58,917 nucleotides of DNA from Polyangiales bacterium (GTDB lineage Bacteria > Myxococcota_A > Polyangia > Polyangiales > Polyangiaceae), in the NCBI GenBank assembly GCA_038230375.1, contig JBBRNJ010000058.1, positions 1 through 58,917 of the forward strand, written 5' to 3'. The notes beneath the pieces were generated by a model. The model ran no database searches and was not told the origin of the DNA. It was given only the letters and a program-made list of their open reading frames with translations. The position numbers and the translations under genes were made by a program. Positions within the stretch are counted from its first letter, which is position 1, and every line of letters starts with the position of its first letter. Shown here one piece after another: positions 20,959 through 31,319 of the stretch.

Positions 20959-21717
20959 GTGCCTAGCTTCAATCGCAGCTCGAGTCCCTCCCTCTTCGTC
21001 AGATTCTTCTCACGCGGTCGCTACCGCTTCTTCGGAGCGCTGTCGCTCGCGACGAGCGTCGCCCTGCTCGGTGTCGCGGGCGTCGCGTGCGGTCACAGCG
21101 GCGGCACGGCGGTGGAGCCGGACGACGCGGGCCTCGTGGATCGCGCGCGCTTGCCGGCGCCCGTGCACGTGAATCCGTCGTCGCCCGACGCCGCGAAGGG
21201 TTGCCAGATCGTCGTGGACTCGCCGCCGCTCCTGCCCGGCGAGCACGTGGGTACCACCACCGACATCATGACGTGGAACTCCAACCCGCCGTCGAGCGGT
21301 CAGCACTTTCCGATCTGGGCCGCGTACCAGGAGTTCACGGACCCCGTGCCGCGCGGTTACTACGTGCACGATCTCGAGCACGGCGCCGTTGTCCTGCTCC
21401 ACAACTGCGCGAACGACGGCGGGTCGCCCGACGCGAGCTCACCCGAGTGCCAGAGCATCATCGACGGCCTGCACCAGGTCGCTGCGGGCCTCGCGGATGA
21501 TCCGCTCTGCGTTGCTGGTGGCCAGGGCATCCGCGTCCGCGTCGTCACCACGCCTGACCCGCTCCTCACCAACAAGGTCGCGGCGGCCGCATGGGGCTGG
21601 ACATACAACGCGACGTGCATGGACGTGCCCACGCTGCTGGACTTCGTGAAGGCTCACTACGGACAGGGCACGGAGACGACGTGCAGCAATGGGCAGACGA
21701 GCTTCCAGACGCAGTGA
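20959..21717 (+). CDS. DUF3105 domain lipoprotein
   Basis: VACG lipobox; NPPSSGQH, HDLEHGAVVL, AAAWG motifs. Confidence 0.75.
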   Translation: MPSFNRSSSPSLFVRFFSRGRYRFFGALSLATSVALLGVAGVACGHSGGTAVEPDDAGLVDRARLPAPVHVNPSSPDAAKGCQIVVDSPPLLPGEHVGTTTDIMTWNSNPPSSGQHFPIWAAYQEFTDPVPRGYYVHDLEHGAVVLLHNCANDGGSPDASSPECQSIIDGLHQVAAGLADDPLCVAGGQGIRVRVVTTPDPLLTNKVAAAAWGWTYNATCMDVPTLLDFVKAHYGQGTETTCSNGQTSFQTQ

Positions 21718-21720
21718 GCC

Positions 21721-22098
21721 CTAGACGATACGCGGCCCCTTCGGCGGCTCGTCGGCGGCCGGCGGATTGGCAGCGGCTTGCGGCACGGCGCCCTTGTCTG
21801 CTTCCGGCGCAGCGGCGGCGGCTTGGGGCGCCCCCTTCGATCCGTCACCGTCGCCATCGGCCTTTGGCTTCGCGTCGGCCTTCGTGCCCATGACCTCGCG
21901 CTCGATGGCCGTTCCCACAGTCTCGAGGACGCGCCCGACCTCCTTCACGCCTTCCGTGACGAAGTTCTCCAGGTTGTCCGAGGGCAGCTTCTCGAGGCGG
22001 TCCACCGTTGACTGGGTCACCGTCTTTGCGGCGCGGAAGAGGAGACCGAGCCCCTCGGAGACGTCATCCATCGGCTTCGTCTTGCGGTCGTCTGACAT
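21721..22098 (-). CDS. Hypothetical protein (125 aa)
   Basis: MSDDRKTKPMDDVSEGLGLLFRAAK...; genome-typical codon usage from ATG 22098. The track extension to 22473 is antisense to the next gene. Confidence 0.6.
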   Translation of the reverse strand: MSDDRKTKPMDDVSEGLGLLFRAAKTVTQSTVDRLEKLPSDNLENFVTEGVKEVGRVLETVGTAIEREVMGTKADAKPKADGDGDGSKGAPQAAAAAPEADKGAVPQAAANPPAADEPPKGPRIV

Positions 22099-22134
22099 GG
22101 AGACGATGATGCGCATCGCAGAGGGCCTTGTAAA

Positions 22135-22614
22135 GTGAGCACGACCACGCATTCTCGCAGCGCTGCTGCCACCACCTTCCTGGCTTTTTTCCTGGTTTTC
22201 GTCGTGGTTGCGGCCTGTGGCGGGCCTTCGCAGCCTGCAGACACCCCCGCCCGCGCCGAGACTGTCGCCGTTCCACCCGCTCCCGACGCGGGCGGTCCCG
22301 CCCTGGTGACCAACGCCGCGCAGAACCTCACGGGCACCGAGGCCGACGCCGGTGCGGACGCCGGGAGCTTCTTCGCAAGGGACAAGCTGTGCGGCTGCAA
22401 GCTCTGCGCGCCAAAGATGAGTGAGGACACCTGCACCACCGACGCGGACTGCGCGCCCTCGAGCGCGTGCCACGCGACGAGCTGCATCGCCGCTTCCAAG
22501 GTCCAGCCAGCCACGGCGCGCCCGATCTGCACCCGCATCATGCTCTGCGCCACCACCGACGCAAACGCGTGCACCTGCTACCAGGGCAAGTGCGCCCTCA
22601 CGCCCAGGCCCTGA
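22135..22614 (+). CDS. Cys-rich lipoprotein
   Basis: Hydrophobic signal ending AACGG; C-terminal CTTDADC...CH..SC...CTC...C domain. Confidence 0.65.
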   Translation: MSTTTHSRSAAATTFLAFFLVFVVVAACGGPSQPADTPARAETVAVPPAPDAGGPALVTNAAQNLTGTEADAGADAGSFFARDKLCGCKLCAPKMSEDTCTTDADCAPSSACHATSCIAASKVQPATARPICTRIMLCATTDANACTCYQGKCALTPRP

Positions 22615-22641
22615 GTCAGCGAGGCGCCGGGTCAGCGACCG

Positions 22642-24840
22642 TCAGCGGCCGACCTTCGCGGGCTTTGGCTCTGCCTTCTCCGCAAGCAGGCGCACGTCGC
22701 TCTTGCGCGATTGGTGTAGAGTGCACTTGTTTCGACCGCCGCGCTTCGAGGTGTAGAGCGCGTCGTCCGCGGCCTTGAAGAGCTGCTCCCAGTCGCCGCC
22801 CGCCTCGGGGAACGTGGCAACGCCGATACTGCAGGTGACGGACAGCGGGCCCTGCGGCGTCACGAAGACCTTGCGCTCCAGCTCCTCGCGGATGCGCTCT
22901 GCCAGCATCATCGCGCCGGCCTCGTCCGTCTGCTCGCACACGAGCACGAACTCCTCGCCGCCGAAGCGCGCGACGATGTCCGTGTTGCGCTTCTTTGCGC
23001 GCAGCACGTCGCCCAGGCCGCGGATCACCACGTCGCCGATGTCGTGGCCATGCGTGTCGTTCACCTTCTTGAAGAAGTCGATGTCCGCGATCAGCACCGA
23101 CAGCTTGCGACCGAAGCGCGCTGCCGCCTGGACCTTCTGCTCCGCCGCGTCGAGCATGGCGCGCTTGTTGAGCAGCCCCGTGAGGCCGTCCGTGGTCGCC
23201 ATCTGTTCCAGCTTCTGCACCATCCGCGCGTTCGAGAGCGACACGGCCAGATGGCTCGCGAGCACGTCGAGCGTGGCGCGGACCGAGTCACCGAACGCAT
23301 GTCGCCGGCGCGCGCCGAGCACCAGCGTGCCGATCGGCTTGTCGTGCAGGAGCAGCGGGAGCACCAGCAGGCTACCGAGCTTGGGCCACGGCAGGCGGCG
23401 CGTGAGCACGATCTGGTGCGCGCCGTCGAACTCGCCCTTGTACGGGAGGGGGAACTTGTTCTTCACCACCATGGAGACGAGGCCGGTGTTGTTCTGGAAG
23501 CGGAGGCCCACGTACTGGTCGATCTCACCGTCCGCGCTCGTGGCCGCAGCGACCTCGTGCATCTTCTTGTCTTCGTCGTACGCGGTGACGAGCGCCAGAT
23601 CGAAGCTTGCGATCTCGCGCGCCGCGCGTACGCCGGCATCCAGCACGTCCTTCTCGCCCAGCGCGGCGCCCAGCGAGCGCGCGGCGCGATAGAGCTTGGA
23701 CTGCTCCACCTTGGCGCGTTCGAGCTGGAGGAACACGCGCTCGTTCTGGATCGCGCGGTGACAGTAGCGTGCGGCCTGCGCGACCAGCTCCTGCTCGTGC
23801 GCGGTGAACGGCTTGCCGCTGGTGCGATCGATCGCGAGGACACCGCGCACGCTCTCGCCCTCGAGCACGGGGATCGCGAGGAACGAGCTGATGGGGCACG
23901 GCCCCTGGTAGTACGGGACCTTGTACGACGGACGCAGCTTCTCCAGCGCCACGGGCTTCTTGCCGCTCATCACCACCGCGAGCACGCCGTCGCCCACGGA
24001 GATCGGCGCGTCCACGATGTCCTCCGACGACGACGAGAGCTCGCTGATGCGGAAGTGCGTGCCCGCGTCGTTCTGCCAGAGGAGCACGGCCGTGTGCAGC
24101 TCCAGCGTGCGGCGCAGCAATTCAAGTGCATAGTGCACGGATTCGTGGATCTCCTCCACGCTGGACCGCGCAAGGCGATCCTCCTCGCGCTCCTTCGCAT
24201 CCGAGCCGCCGGTGAGGCGATAGCGGCGCGCGTCTTCCTTGAGGCGCTTGAGCTCGTCTTCCAGCCTGGCGGTGGCGCGAATACGGATGCGCGCAATCTC
24301 GGCGCGCAGGAGCAAGAGGTTCAGCACGGCGAACGTGAGCACAAACGCCGCGTGCGTGAGGATGGGGCGGAGGTCCGTTTCCTTCAGGAGCAGCCGACGA
24401 AGCGCGACCTCGTAGCCTACGACGAAGAGCACGACGACGATGCCCGCGCCCGGCCGCGCGAACGACGCGATCAGCGCCACGAGCGCATACACGGCCGGTG
24501 AGAACGTGCCGGACAGGCCGCAATCGAAGCGGAGGAGCGCCGCGAACAGGCCCACGGAGAGCAGGAGCCCCAGCTCCACGTCCGTCCGCGCTGCCGTCTG
24601 CCCGGTGCGCGACAGCTTCTCGCCGAAGCGCTTCACGAGCAGAAGGGTGTAGAGCGACAGCGCAAAGACCGTGAGGACGCCCGCCGGTGCCGTCGCGCCA
24701 CCGCTCGCCACATAGACGGCGAGCGCCAGGGTCAGCACCATGCCGAGCATGCGCCTCACGCCACGGCGCAGGAGAAGGGACGCTCGGACGATGGGGTCCA
24801 TCATCTTCTGCGGTATCAGGGCCACCCGCGAATGGCCCAA
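22642..24840 (-). CDS. Membrane-anchored diguanylate cyclase (TM + two GAF + GGDEF)
   Basis: TDGLTGLLN, DIDFFKKVNDTHGH, I-site RNTD, RFGGEEF; two GAF-like segments; several N-terminal TMs. The start may be about 24802. Confidence 0.9.
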   Translation of the reverse strand: MGHSRVALIPQKMMDPIVRASLLLRRGVRRMLGMVLTLALAVYVASGGATAPAGVLTVFALSLYTLLLVKRFGEKLSRTGQTAARTDVELGLLLSVGLFAALLRFDCGLSGTFSPAVYALVALIASFARPGAGIVVVLFVVGYEVALRRLLLKETDLRPILTHAAFVLTFAVLNLLLLRAEIARIRIRATARLEDELKRLKEDARRYRLTGGSDAKEREEDRLARSSVEEIHESVHYALELLRRTLELHTAVLLWQNDAGTHFRISELSSSSEDIVDAPISVGDGVLAVVMSGKKPVALEKLRPSYKVPYYQGPCPISSFLAIPVLEGESVRGVLAIDRTSGKPFTAHEQELVAQAARYCHRAIQNERVFLQLERAKVEQSKLYRAARSLGAALGEKDVLDAGVRAAREIASFDLALVTAYDEDKKMHEVAAATSADGEIDQYVGLRFQNNTGLVSMVVKNKFPLPYKGEFDGAHQIVLTRRLPWPKLGSLLVLPLLLHDKPIGTLVLGARRRHAFGDSVRATLDVLASHLAVSLSNARMVQKLEQMATTDGLTGLLNKRAMLDAAEQKVQAAARFGRKLSVLIADIDFFKKVNDTHGHDIGDVVIRGLGDVLRAKKRNTDIVARFGGEEFVLVCEQTDEAGAMMLAERIREELERKVFVTPQGPLSVTCSIGVATFPEAGGDWEQLFKAADDALYTSKRGGRNKCTLHQSRKSDVRLLAEKAEPKPAKVGR

Positions 24841-24945
24841 TTTTCAGAGATGTTCCGCGATGCTCGGGGTCCGCGCTTGGGCTTGCTTTCGGGCTCGTTG
24901 GAGGCGGATGTGCGCTGCGCGAAATAAAAGAGCGTCGAAGCGGTT

Positions 24946-25893
24946 ATGCTCTCGGTGAGCGCAGTGTCGACGAAGCCCGTGACCAAAGCAGTGCCGAGCC
25001 CGTCGCTCGTGGAGCGCGCGAAGCAGCTGGTGCTGGGTGACGAGAGCGGCCCCACCCCGGTCACGAACACGCTCATCTCCGTGAACATCGCGGTGTACAT
25101 CGTGATGGTGCTGCTGTCGGACGCGAGATGGGCGGTCTGGGCAATGCCCGATCGCATGATCAGGCTCTTCGGCGCCAACATCGCGCTGTTCACGGTGGGA
25201 GACCACCGCGTGGAGACGCTGCTCACGTCATGCTTTCTGCACACAGGCATCCTCCACCTTGGCTTCAACATGATCGCGCTTCGGCAGGTGGGGCCGTTCG
25301 TGGAGCGCTCTGTTGGACCCGCGCGGTACGTCCCGCTTTACGTCCTCTCGGGCGTGATCGGAAGCCTCACCTCGGCGCTCTGGCATTGGACCCACGAAGC
25401 AGGACGGCCGAGCGCGGGTGCGTCCGGCGCGATCTGCGGCGTCATCGGCGCTGCGATGGTGCTCGGCGTCCGAACGCAGGGGACTCGCGGGCCGCTCGCG
25501 TTCGGTATGGCGCGGTGGCTGGCGAGCATCCTCCTCATCGGATATGCGCTGGAGGTCGCCGACAATGCAGCGCACATCGGCGGCGCGCTTGCTGGCGCCG
25601 GGATCGCGGCGCTATGGCAGCGCGGTCGCACGTACACACGCACGGCGGAGATGGTCATCGTGGGCGCGATGGCGCTGGTCACGGTTGCAGCCGGCGTACA
25701 GGTCTACCTGCGCGACACGCGCGATCCGTACGTCTTCCAGGACGAGGACGCGCGCCGACGCGCCGCCCAGCACTTCATGGTGCGGGGCCAGTGTGACCGT
25801 GCACGGATCGCGCTCGCACGTGCCGCCGCACTGCATCCGCAATCGGTGGATACGCGGGACATGGAGCTTGATCTGATGCGTCACTGTCCGTGA
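24946..25893 (+). CDS. Rhomboid intramembrane serine protease
   Basis: FLHTGILHLGFNM, GASG (catalytic Ser), NAAHIGG (catalytic His). Confidence 0.88.
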   Translation: MLSVSAVSTKPVTKAVPSPSLVERAKQLVLGDESGPTPVTNTLISVNIAVYIVMVLLSDARWAVWAMPDRMIRLFGANIALFTVGDHRVETLLTSCFLHTGILHLGFNMIALRQVGPFVERSVGPARYVPLYVLSGVIGSLTSALWHWTHEAGRPSAGASGAICGVIGAAMVLGVRTQGTRGPLAFGMARWLASILLIGYALEVADNAAHIGGALAGAGIAALWQRGRTYTRTAEMVIVGAMALVTVAAGVQVYLRDTRDPYVFQDEDARRRAAQHFMVRGQCDRARIALARAAALHPQSVDTRDMELDLMRHCP

Positions 25894-25971
25894 GAACCCC
25901 GTAAAATCCCGCTCAAAGGCGCCGCCGCTTCCGCCCCTCAGCTCCGAGGTTTTGGTTTACCCTCCCGGGCC

Positions 25972-28452
25972 ATGCACGTTACGCGACAGGCCCAAGACGT
26001 CGACATGACCGCCATCACGCTCGGAGACGACTCTGCGTCGATCCGTCGCGATTTCCTGCACAAGCTCTTCTTCGACCTTGGCAAGTTCCCTGGTGTCGCC
26101 ACGCGCAACGACCACTTCATGGCGCTCGCATTCGCGGTTCGTGACCGCACGCTGCTGCGCTGGGTGAAGTCCGCTCGTACGTACCTCGAAGGCGAGCACC
26201 GCACGGTCATCTACCTGTCCGCGGAGTACCTGCTCGGGCCGCAGCTCGGTCACAACCTCCTGAACCTCGGCATCGAGCCCGAGGTGCGCGAGGCGCTCGA
26301 GCAGATGGGCCTCAGCCTCGACGAGCTCCTCGAGCACGAGGAGGAGCCCGGCCTTGGCAACGGCGGCCTCGGGCGCCTCGCGGCGTGCTTCATGGACTCG
26401 CTGGCCACGCTGGACATCCCGGCGATCGGCCACGGCATCCGCTACGAGTTCGGCATCTTCGATCAGGACATCCGCAACGGGTGGCAGGTGGAGAAGACGG
26501 ACACCTGGCTGCGCAGCGGCAACCCGTGGGAGGTGCGCCGCTACGACGTGCAGCACCCCGTCGGCCTTGGCGGTCACACGGAGCAACACGTCGACGCGCA
26601 GGGCAAGCTGCGCGTTCGATGGGTGCCGGGCCGCGTGGTGAAGGGCGTCCCGTACGACACCCCCGCGCTCGGCTATCGCACCACCAACGCGAACTTCCTC
26701 CGCCTCTGGGCGGCCGTCGCGTCCGAGGAGTTCGACCTGGATGCATTCCAGGGCGGCGAGTACTGGCGCGCCGTGGAGAACAAGGTCCGAAGCGAGAACA
26801 TCACCAAGGTCCTCTACCCCAACGACTCCAGCCTGGCAGGTAAGCAGCTCCGCCTGGAGCAGCAGTACTTCTTCGTGTCGTGCGCGCTGCAGGACTGCAT
26901 CCGCATCCTCCAGCAGAAGACGAAGATCACCGAGTTCGCAGACAAGTTCGCGATCCAGCTGAACGACACCCATCCCACGGTCGCCATCCCGGAGCTGATG
27001 CGCCTGCTGATGGACGTGCACGGCATGGCGTGGGACGACGCATGGAGCATTGTCCAGAAGACGTTCTCGTACACGAACCACACGCTCATGCCCGAGGCAC
27101 TCGAGACCTGGCCGCTGCCGCTGTTCCAGAGCCTGCTGCCCCGCCACCTGGAGATCATCTACGAGATCAACGCGCGCTTCCTGGACCAGGTACGTAAGGA
27201 CTTCCCGAACGACGACGGCCTCATCGAGCGCGTCAGCCTCATCGACGAGCGAGGCGAGAAGGCCGTGCGCATGGCGAACCTGGCCACGGTCGCGAGCCAT
27301 ACGGTGAACGGCGTGGCGGCGCTCCACTCACGCCTCCTGACCGAGACCGTGCTCGCGGACTTCGCGCGCGTCTATCCGAAGCGGTTCACGAACGTCACGA
27401 ACGGCGTCACGCAGCGTCGCTTCGTCGCGCTCGCGAACCCGGACCTCACGTCGCTCATCTCGGAGGCCATCGGCGACGGCTTCATCAAGGACTACCACAA
27501 GCTCGCCGCGCTCGAGCCCTTCGCCGAGGACGCGGAGTTCCGCGCCAAGTGGCGCAAGGTGAAGCTCAAGAACAAGGAGCAGTTGAAGCACTACCTGCAC
27601 GAGACGCTGAAGATCCACATCGACCCCAAGGCGATGCTCGACGCGCAGTGCAAGCGTATCCACGAGTACAAGCGGCAGCACCTGGCCGCGCTCCACATCA
27701 TCTCGCAGTACGACCGCATCCGTCGCGGCGAGTTCGAGGACATCGTCCCGCGCACGTTCCTCTTCGCCGGCAAGGCCGCGCCCGCGTACCGCATGGCCAA
27801 GCTGATCGTGCGCCTCATCCACGGCGTGGGCCAGGTGATCGCGGCGGACCCCGTCGCGCGCAAGTACCTGTCCGTCGTGTTCTTCCCGGACTTCAACGTG
27901 AAGAACGCGCAGCGCATCTATCCGGCCGCGGATCTGTCCGAGCAGATCTCCACCGCAGGCCTGGAGGCCTCGGGAACCGGCAACATGAAGTTCGCTCTGA
28001 ACGGCGCGCTCACGATCGGCACGCTGGACGGAGCGAACGTGGAGATCCGAGACGCCGTCGGCGCGGAGAACTTCTTCCTCTTCGGCATGCACACCGAAGA
28101 GGTCGTGTCGCTCAAGGCGCGCGGCTACCACCCCGAGGAATACGCGAACGGCGATCCGGAGCTCGCGCGCGTGCTCCAGCTCATCGCGGACGGCCACTTC
28201 TCGGGGCCCGAGCACGGCGTGTTCGACCCGCTGCTCGAGAACCTGCGCCACCACGACCCGTTCTGCGTGCTGGCGGATTTCAGGGCGTACGCGTACGCGC
28301 AGCGGAACGTCGCGCGCGCGTGGGATCAGGAAGAGACCTGGACCAAGAAGGCGATCATCAACGTCGCGCGCATGGGGACGTTCTCGAGTGATCGCAGCAT
28401 CGCGGAGTACGCGAAGAATATCTGGCACGCCGAGCCGGTGAAGGTGAGCTGA
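25972..28452 (+). CDS. glgP: Glycogen/starch/alpha-glucan phosphorylase
   Basis: LGNGGLGRLAACF, LNDTHP, KRIHEYKRQ, PLP-lysine motif EASGTGNMKF. Confidence 0.95.
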   Translation: MHVTRQAQDVDMTAITLGDDSASIRRDFLHKLFFDLGKFPGVATRNDHFMALAFAVRDRTLLRWVKSARTYLEGEHRTVIYLSAEYLLGPQLGHNLLNLGIEPEVREALEQMGLSLDELLEHEEEPGLGNGGLGRLAACFMDSLATLDIPAIGHGIRYEFGIFDQDIRNGWQVEKTDTWLRSGNPWEVRRYDVQHPVGLGGHTEQHVDAQGKLRVRWVPGRVVKGVPYDTPALGYRTTNANFLRLWAAVASEEFDLDAFQGGEYWRAVENKVRSENITKVLYPNDSSLAGKQLRLEQQYFFVSCALQDCIRILQQKTKITEFADKFAIQLNDTHPTVAIPELMRLLMDVHGMAWDDAWSIVQKTFSYTNHTLMPEALETWPLPLFQSLLPRHLEIIYEINARFLDQVRKDFPNDDGLIERVSLIDERGEKAVRMANLATVASHTVNGVAALHSRLLTETVLADFARVYPKRFTNVTNGVTQRRFVALANPDLTSLISEAIGDGFIKDYHKLAALEPFAEDAEFRAKWRKVKLKNKEQLKHYLHETLKIHIDPKAMLDAQCKRIHEYKRQHLAALHIISQYDRIRRGEFEDIVPRTFLFAGKAAPAYRMAKLIVRLIHGVGQVIAADPVARKYLSVVFFPDFNVKNAQRIYPAADLSEQISTAGLEASGTGNMKFALNGALTIGTLDGANVEIRDAVGAENFFLFGMHTEEVVSLKARGYHPEEYANGDPELARVLQLIADGHFSGPEHGVFDPLLENLRHHDPFCVLADFRAYAYAQRNVARAWDQEETWTKKAIINVARMGTFSSDRSIAEYAKNIWHAEPVKVS

Positions 28453-28453
28453 G

Positions 28454-28532
28454 GACGACGACGACTTCGACCTCGACGACGACCTCGACCTCGACCTCGA
28501 CCTCGACCTCGGCCTGAACTTCGACCTCGACC
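28454..28532. repeat. Intergenic CTCGAC hexamer repeat
   Basis: gacctcgacctcgacctcgacc... fills most of the spacer between convergent glgP and the lipoprotein gene. Confidence 0.85.
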
Positions 28533-28542
28533 CCTCCCCTTT

Positions 28543-29868
28543 TCAGTGGGTGGCGGGGGCGGCGGACAGGGCGTTTGTGACCATCGGGAGGGCTTCCGGG
28601 GTTGTCCAGCTCGCTCCTCGGAGGCGCGTGGCGTAGGCGCTGCCTCCGGTCGCGTACGTCGCTACTGCGTCGTCGCCGCAGACTCCCGTGGTGACGCTGG
28701 GCGGCGAGGTCGTCGCGGGGTTCGTTCCGCTCACCAGCGCTGCGGGCGTGGTCCATGTGACGGATTGACCACTCGCGGTGCCCAGTGAGAAGTACGACTT
28801 CTGGTCCTGGCCCCAGAACACGAGCACCAGCTTGCCGTTGACCATGGTCGTCATGGAGAGGCCGACGTCGGAGAGCGCGGTGACCGAAACGGTGGCCGGC
28901 GCGGTGAAGGTTTTGTTCGCGATGCGGCCTGTCCACTGGAGCTGGCGCGTGGCCGTGTCCACGTAGACAGCGACAAGATCCATGGCGCCGCCTGCGGCGA
29001 GCGCGGTGATCGCCGGGTTTGCTCGGAAGTAGGAGAGCGGGCCGGCATGGGACGTGGGCGGTGTCCACGCAGCTCCGCTGTAGCGAATGTCGTAGAGACC
29101 GCCGGTGCCGCCGTCGGTCGATGAGTCGCCCGAGAACACGCCGACGATCTCCGTACCCACGCCGGCGATCTGCGGTGTGGTCGGGCCGAACGACTGCAGC
29201 GCCGCCGCGCCGCCGACGGGATCCGTGGCCGCGTCCCACGCGCCGCCGGAATACGTGCCGTGGTAAAATTTGTAGTCGGTGCCCTGGAGCACGAGGTGCG
29301 CTTTTCCAGAAAGCGTCGTGATGGACGGCGTGTCTCGGGCGACGGCCGCTCCGATGGTGGCGACGGATGACCACGCTCCCGCGCTCCACGTGACAGAGGT
29401 GACGGCATTGGTGCTCGTACGCATCGCGGCCACGAAGCTGGTTCCGAGTGACGTCACCGCAGGCACGCTCTGGCCTGCAGGGTTGTCCGCGCCCGGGTTG
29501 CCGCTCACGTTCGTCGCGAGCGACGTGGTCTTCCACGCGCCCTGCGTGTAGATGGAGCCGAACGCGGAGGTCGCGCCTCCCGAGACCACCGCAAGGACGT
29601 TGGTGCAAGAGCCCGCGTCCTTCCCGCCGCTGTCAGCGCTGCTGCCGCCGTCTGTGGCGGGGCCACCGTCGTCCGTTCCGCCGCCGCTTCCATCCGTGGT
29701 GCTCGCGCCGTCGCTCTGGCCGCCGTTGCCTCCGTCCAGGTCGAACGAGGGGCCGAACTGCTTCTGCCCGTTGTCCGTCCCGCACGCGATCGGCGCAAGG
29801 CCGAGGCCGGCGGCGGACAGGAAAGCCAGGACGGACAGCCGGGGGAGAAGACGTGAAGAGCGCATCAC
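28543..29868 (-). CDS. Secreted lipoprotein, probable beta-propeller/beta-rich
   Basis: IACG lipobox, DGG linker, repeated Trp-containing blade-like units (GAWK, GAWS, GAWD, AAWT, ASWT). Confidence 0.7.
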   Translation of the reverse strand: MMRSSRLLPRLSVLAFLSAAGLGLAPIACGTDNGQKQFGPSFDLDGGNGGQSDGASTTDGSGGGTDDGGPATDGGSSADSGGKDAGSCTNVLAVVSGGATSAFGSIYTQGAWKTTSLATNVSGNPGADNPAGQSVPAVTSLGTSFVAAMRTSTNAVTSVTWSAGAWSSVATIGAAVARDTPSITTLSGKAHLVLQGTDYKFYHGTYSGGAWDAATDPVGGAAALQSFGPTTPQIAGVGTEIVGVFSGDSSTDGGTGGLYDIRYSGAAWTPPTSHAGPLSYFRANPAITALAAGGAMDLVAVYVDTATRQLQWTGRIANKTFTAPATVSVTALSDVGLSMTTMVNGKLVLVFWGQDQKSYFSLGTASGQSVTWTTPAALVSGTNPATTSPPSVTTGVCGDDAVATYATGGSAYATRLRGASWTTPEALPMVTNALSAAPATH

Positions 29869-29910
29869 GCCTCTACTCTAGCAAACGCAGCGGAAGTAAG
29901 CTTCTGCGAC

Positions 29911-31017
29911 ATGGAACGCACGAACGACGCTCACGGCGCCTCCGCCATTCCACACGGCATGAGGCGCGTCACGGACTTCGACGCCGCACACGAGCTCTCC
30001 GCGCCGGGCCCGCGCCTGCGCGCCATCCGCGTGGCCGCGGAAAAGCTGCATCATGCATTCATCGATGGGCCGCGGTGCCACGCCGTGCGGACGCTGCCCC
30101 TGTCGACGCTGCCCTACCCCACGCGGTACGCGTTCGGCGGCGCCGCGCTCGCGCCGTTCCCGTTCATCACCATGACCCACCGCGCGCTGCTCGTGCAGTT
30201 CTTCCAGGGGGGCGAGGTGAAGAACCTGCTGTGGAACCCCACCGACATCGAGGGCGCACGCGCCACGCCGTTCCTGGCGCGCTTGCAGGCCCGATTCGGC
30301 GACACGGTGACCCGCATGCTGGCAACGAAGTACGATCCGCTCGAGGAGCAGCTCGCGCGGTTGGGGCTCACGCCGGCGCATATCCACTACGTGGGGTTCG
30401 ATCACTTCCACACGCAGGATCTCCGCAACCTCCTTGGCACCACGGACGGACGCAGCTCGCGCTTCCCGAACGCAAAGCTCCTGGCGCCCGCGGTCGAGTG
30501 GTCCGACTGGGAGGACCTGCATCCCATGCAGCGCCCGTGGTTCGTGGCCGCCGGCAAGGAGAAGGTCCACACGCACAACGTGCTCTACACCGACGCCGAC
30601 CTGTGCATGGGCGACGGCGTGCTGGTGGTGCGCACGCCCGGCCACACGAGCGGCAATCAGACGCTCTTCATCAACACCGCCGAAGGCGTCTGGGGCACGA
30701 GCGAGAACGGCACCTCCGCCGACAACTGGTCCCCGCACGACAGCAAGATCGCCGGCCTGCAGCAGACGAGCCGCGCGACGGACGCGGAGGTGATCTTGAA
30801 CTCCAACACGCCAGAGCTCGCGGCCACGCAGTACACGTCCATGGTCCTGGAGAAGACGCTGGCCTCGCGCGTGAGTCGCGCGCCCGCGTTCGTCCAGATG
30901 TTCCCGTCCAGCGAGGTGACACCGAGCCTGATCGCTCCGGGCGTCACGCCGACGCTGCTGCATCGGGCGCTCACCTTCGGGACGCTGGCCGCGCCGAGCG
31001 CCGCGAGCGCCGCATGA
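29911..31017 (+). CDS. Metallo-beta-lactamase-fold protein with a variant metal motif
   Basis: IHYVGFDHFHTQD, FPNAKLL, RTPGHTSGNQ. Confidence 0.7.
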   Translation: MERTNDAHGASAIPHGMRRVTDFDAAHELSAPGPRLRAIRVAAEKLHHAFIDGPRCHAVRTLPLSTLPYPTRYAFGGAALAPFPFITMTHRALLVQFFQGGEVKNLLWNPTDIEGARATPFLARLQARFGDTVTRMLATKYDPLEEQLARLGLTPAHIHYVGFDHFHTQDLRNLLGTTDGRSSRFPNAKLLAPAVEWSDWEDLHPMQRPWFVAAGKEKVHTHNVLYTDADLCMGDGVLVVRTPGHTSGNQTLFINTAEGVWGTSENGTSADNWSPHDSKIAGLQQTSRATDAEVILNSNTPELAATQYTSMVLEKTLASRVSRAPAFVQMFPSSEVTPSLIAPGVTPTLLHRALTFGTLAAPSAASAA

Positions 31018-31319
31018 GCAAGGACCCGTCCGCGAAGCAGGCGTTCGAGCAGGGCGACTATCGCGCTGCTCGGTCCCTTGCCACGGCGACACTGCACAAC
31101 GTGGATGCCAGCAAGAAGGCCAAGGACGGCGCGCAGCAGATCCTGCAGAAGACGTCGCCGCCATCACTTGCAAAATACATGTTTCTGCTCGCGGCCGTGC
31201 TGATGGTGCTGCTCTCGGTCTTCTGGATGAGCGAGGGCAAGAAGCACCGTGACGAGCCTTCGGGAGCAGGAGCGGGCCAGGACTCCCCCACGCCGCGCCC
31301 CAGCCAGAGCGTGCCGTGA
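31014..31319 (+). CDS. Small membrane protein (101 aa)
   Basis: ATGA overlap with the upstream stop; MSKDPSAKQAFEQGDYRAAR...YMFLLAAVLMVLLSVFWM (one TM); GTGA overlap downstream. Confidence 0.65.
   Translation: MSKDPSAKQAFEQGDYRAARSLATATLHNVDASKKAKDGAQQILQKTSPPSLAKYMFLLAAVLMVLLSVFWMSEGKKHRDEPSGAGAGQDSPTPRPSQSVP

Noticed and set aside
29448..31013. 623-aa ORF 29448-31319 as a single protein
   Set aside because: Only the last 101 codons (from ATG 31014) look like protein; the rest overlaps two other genes. The same applies to the track extensions starting at 33142, 45957, 47495, 51232, 53552 and 56877.
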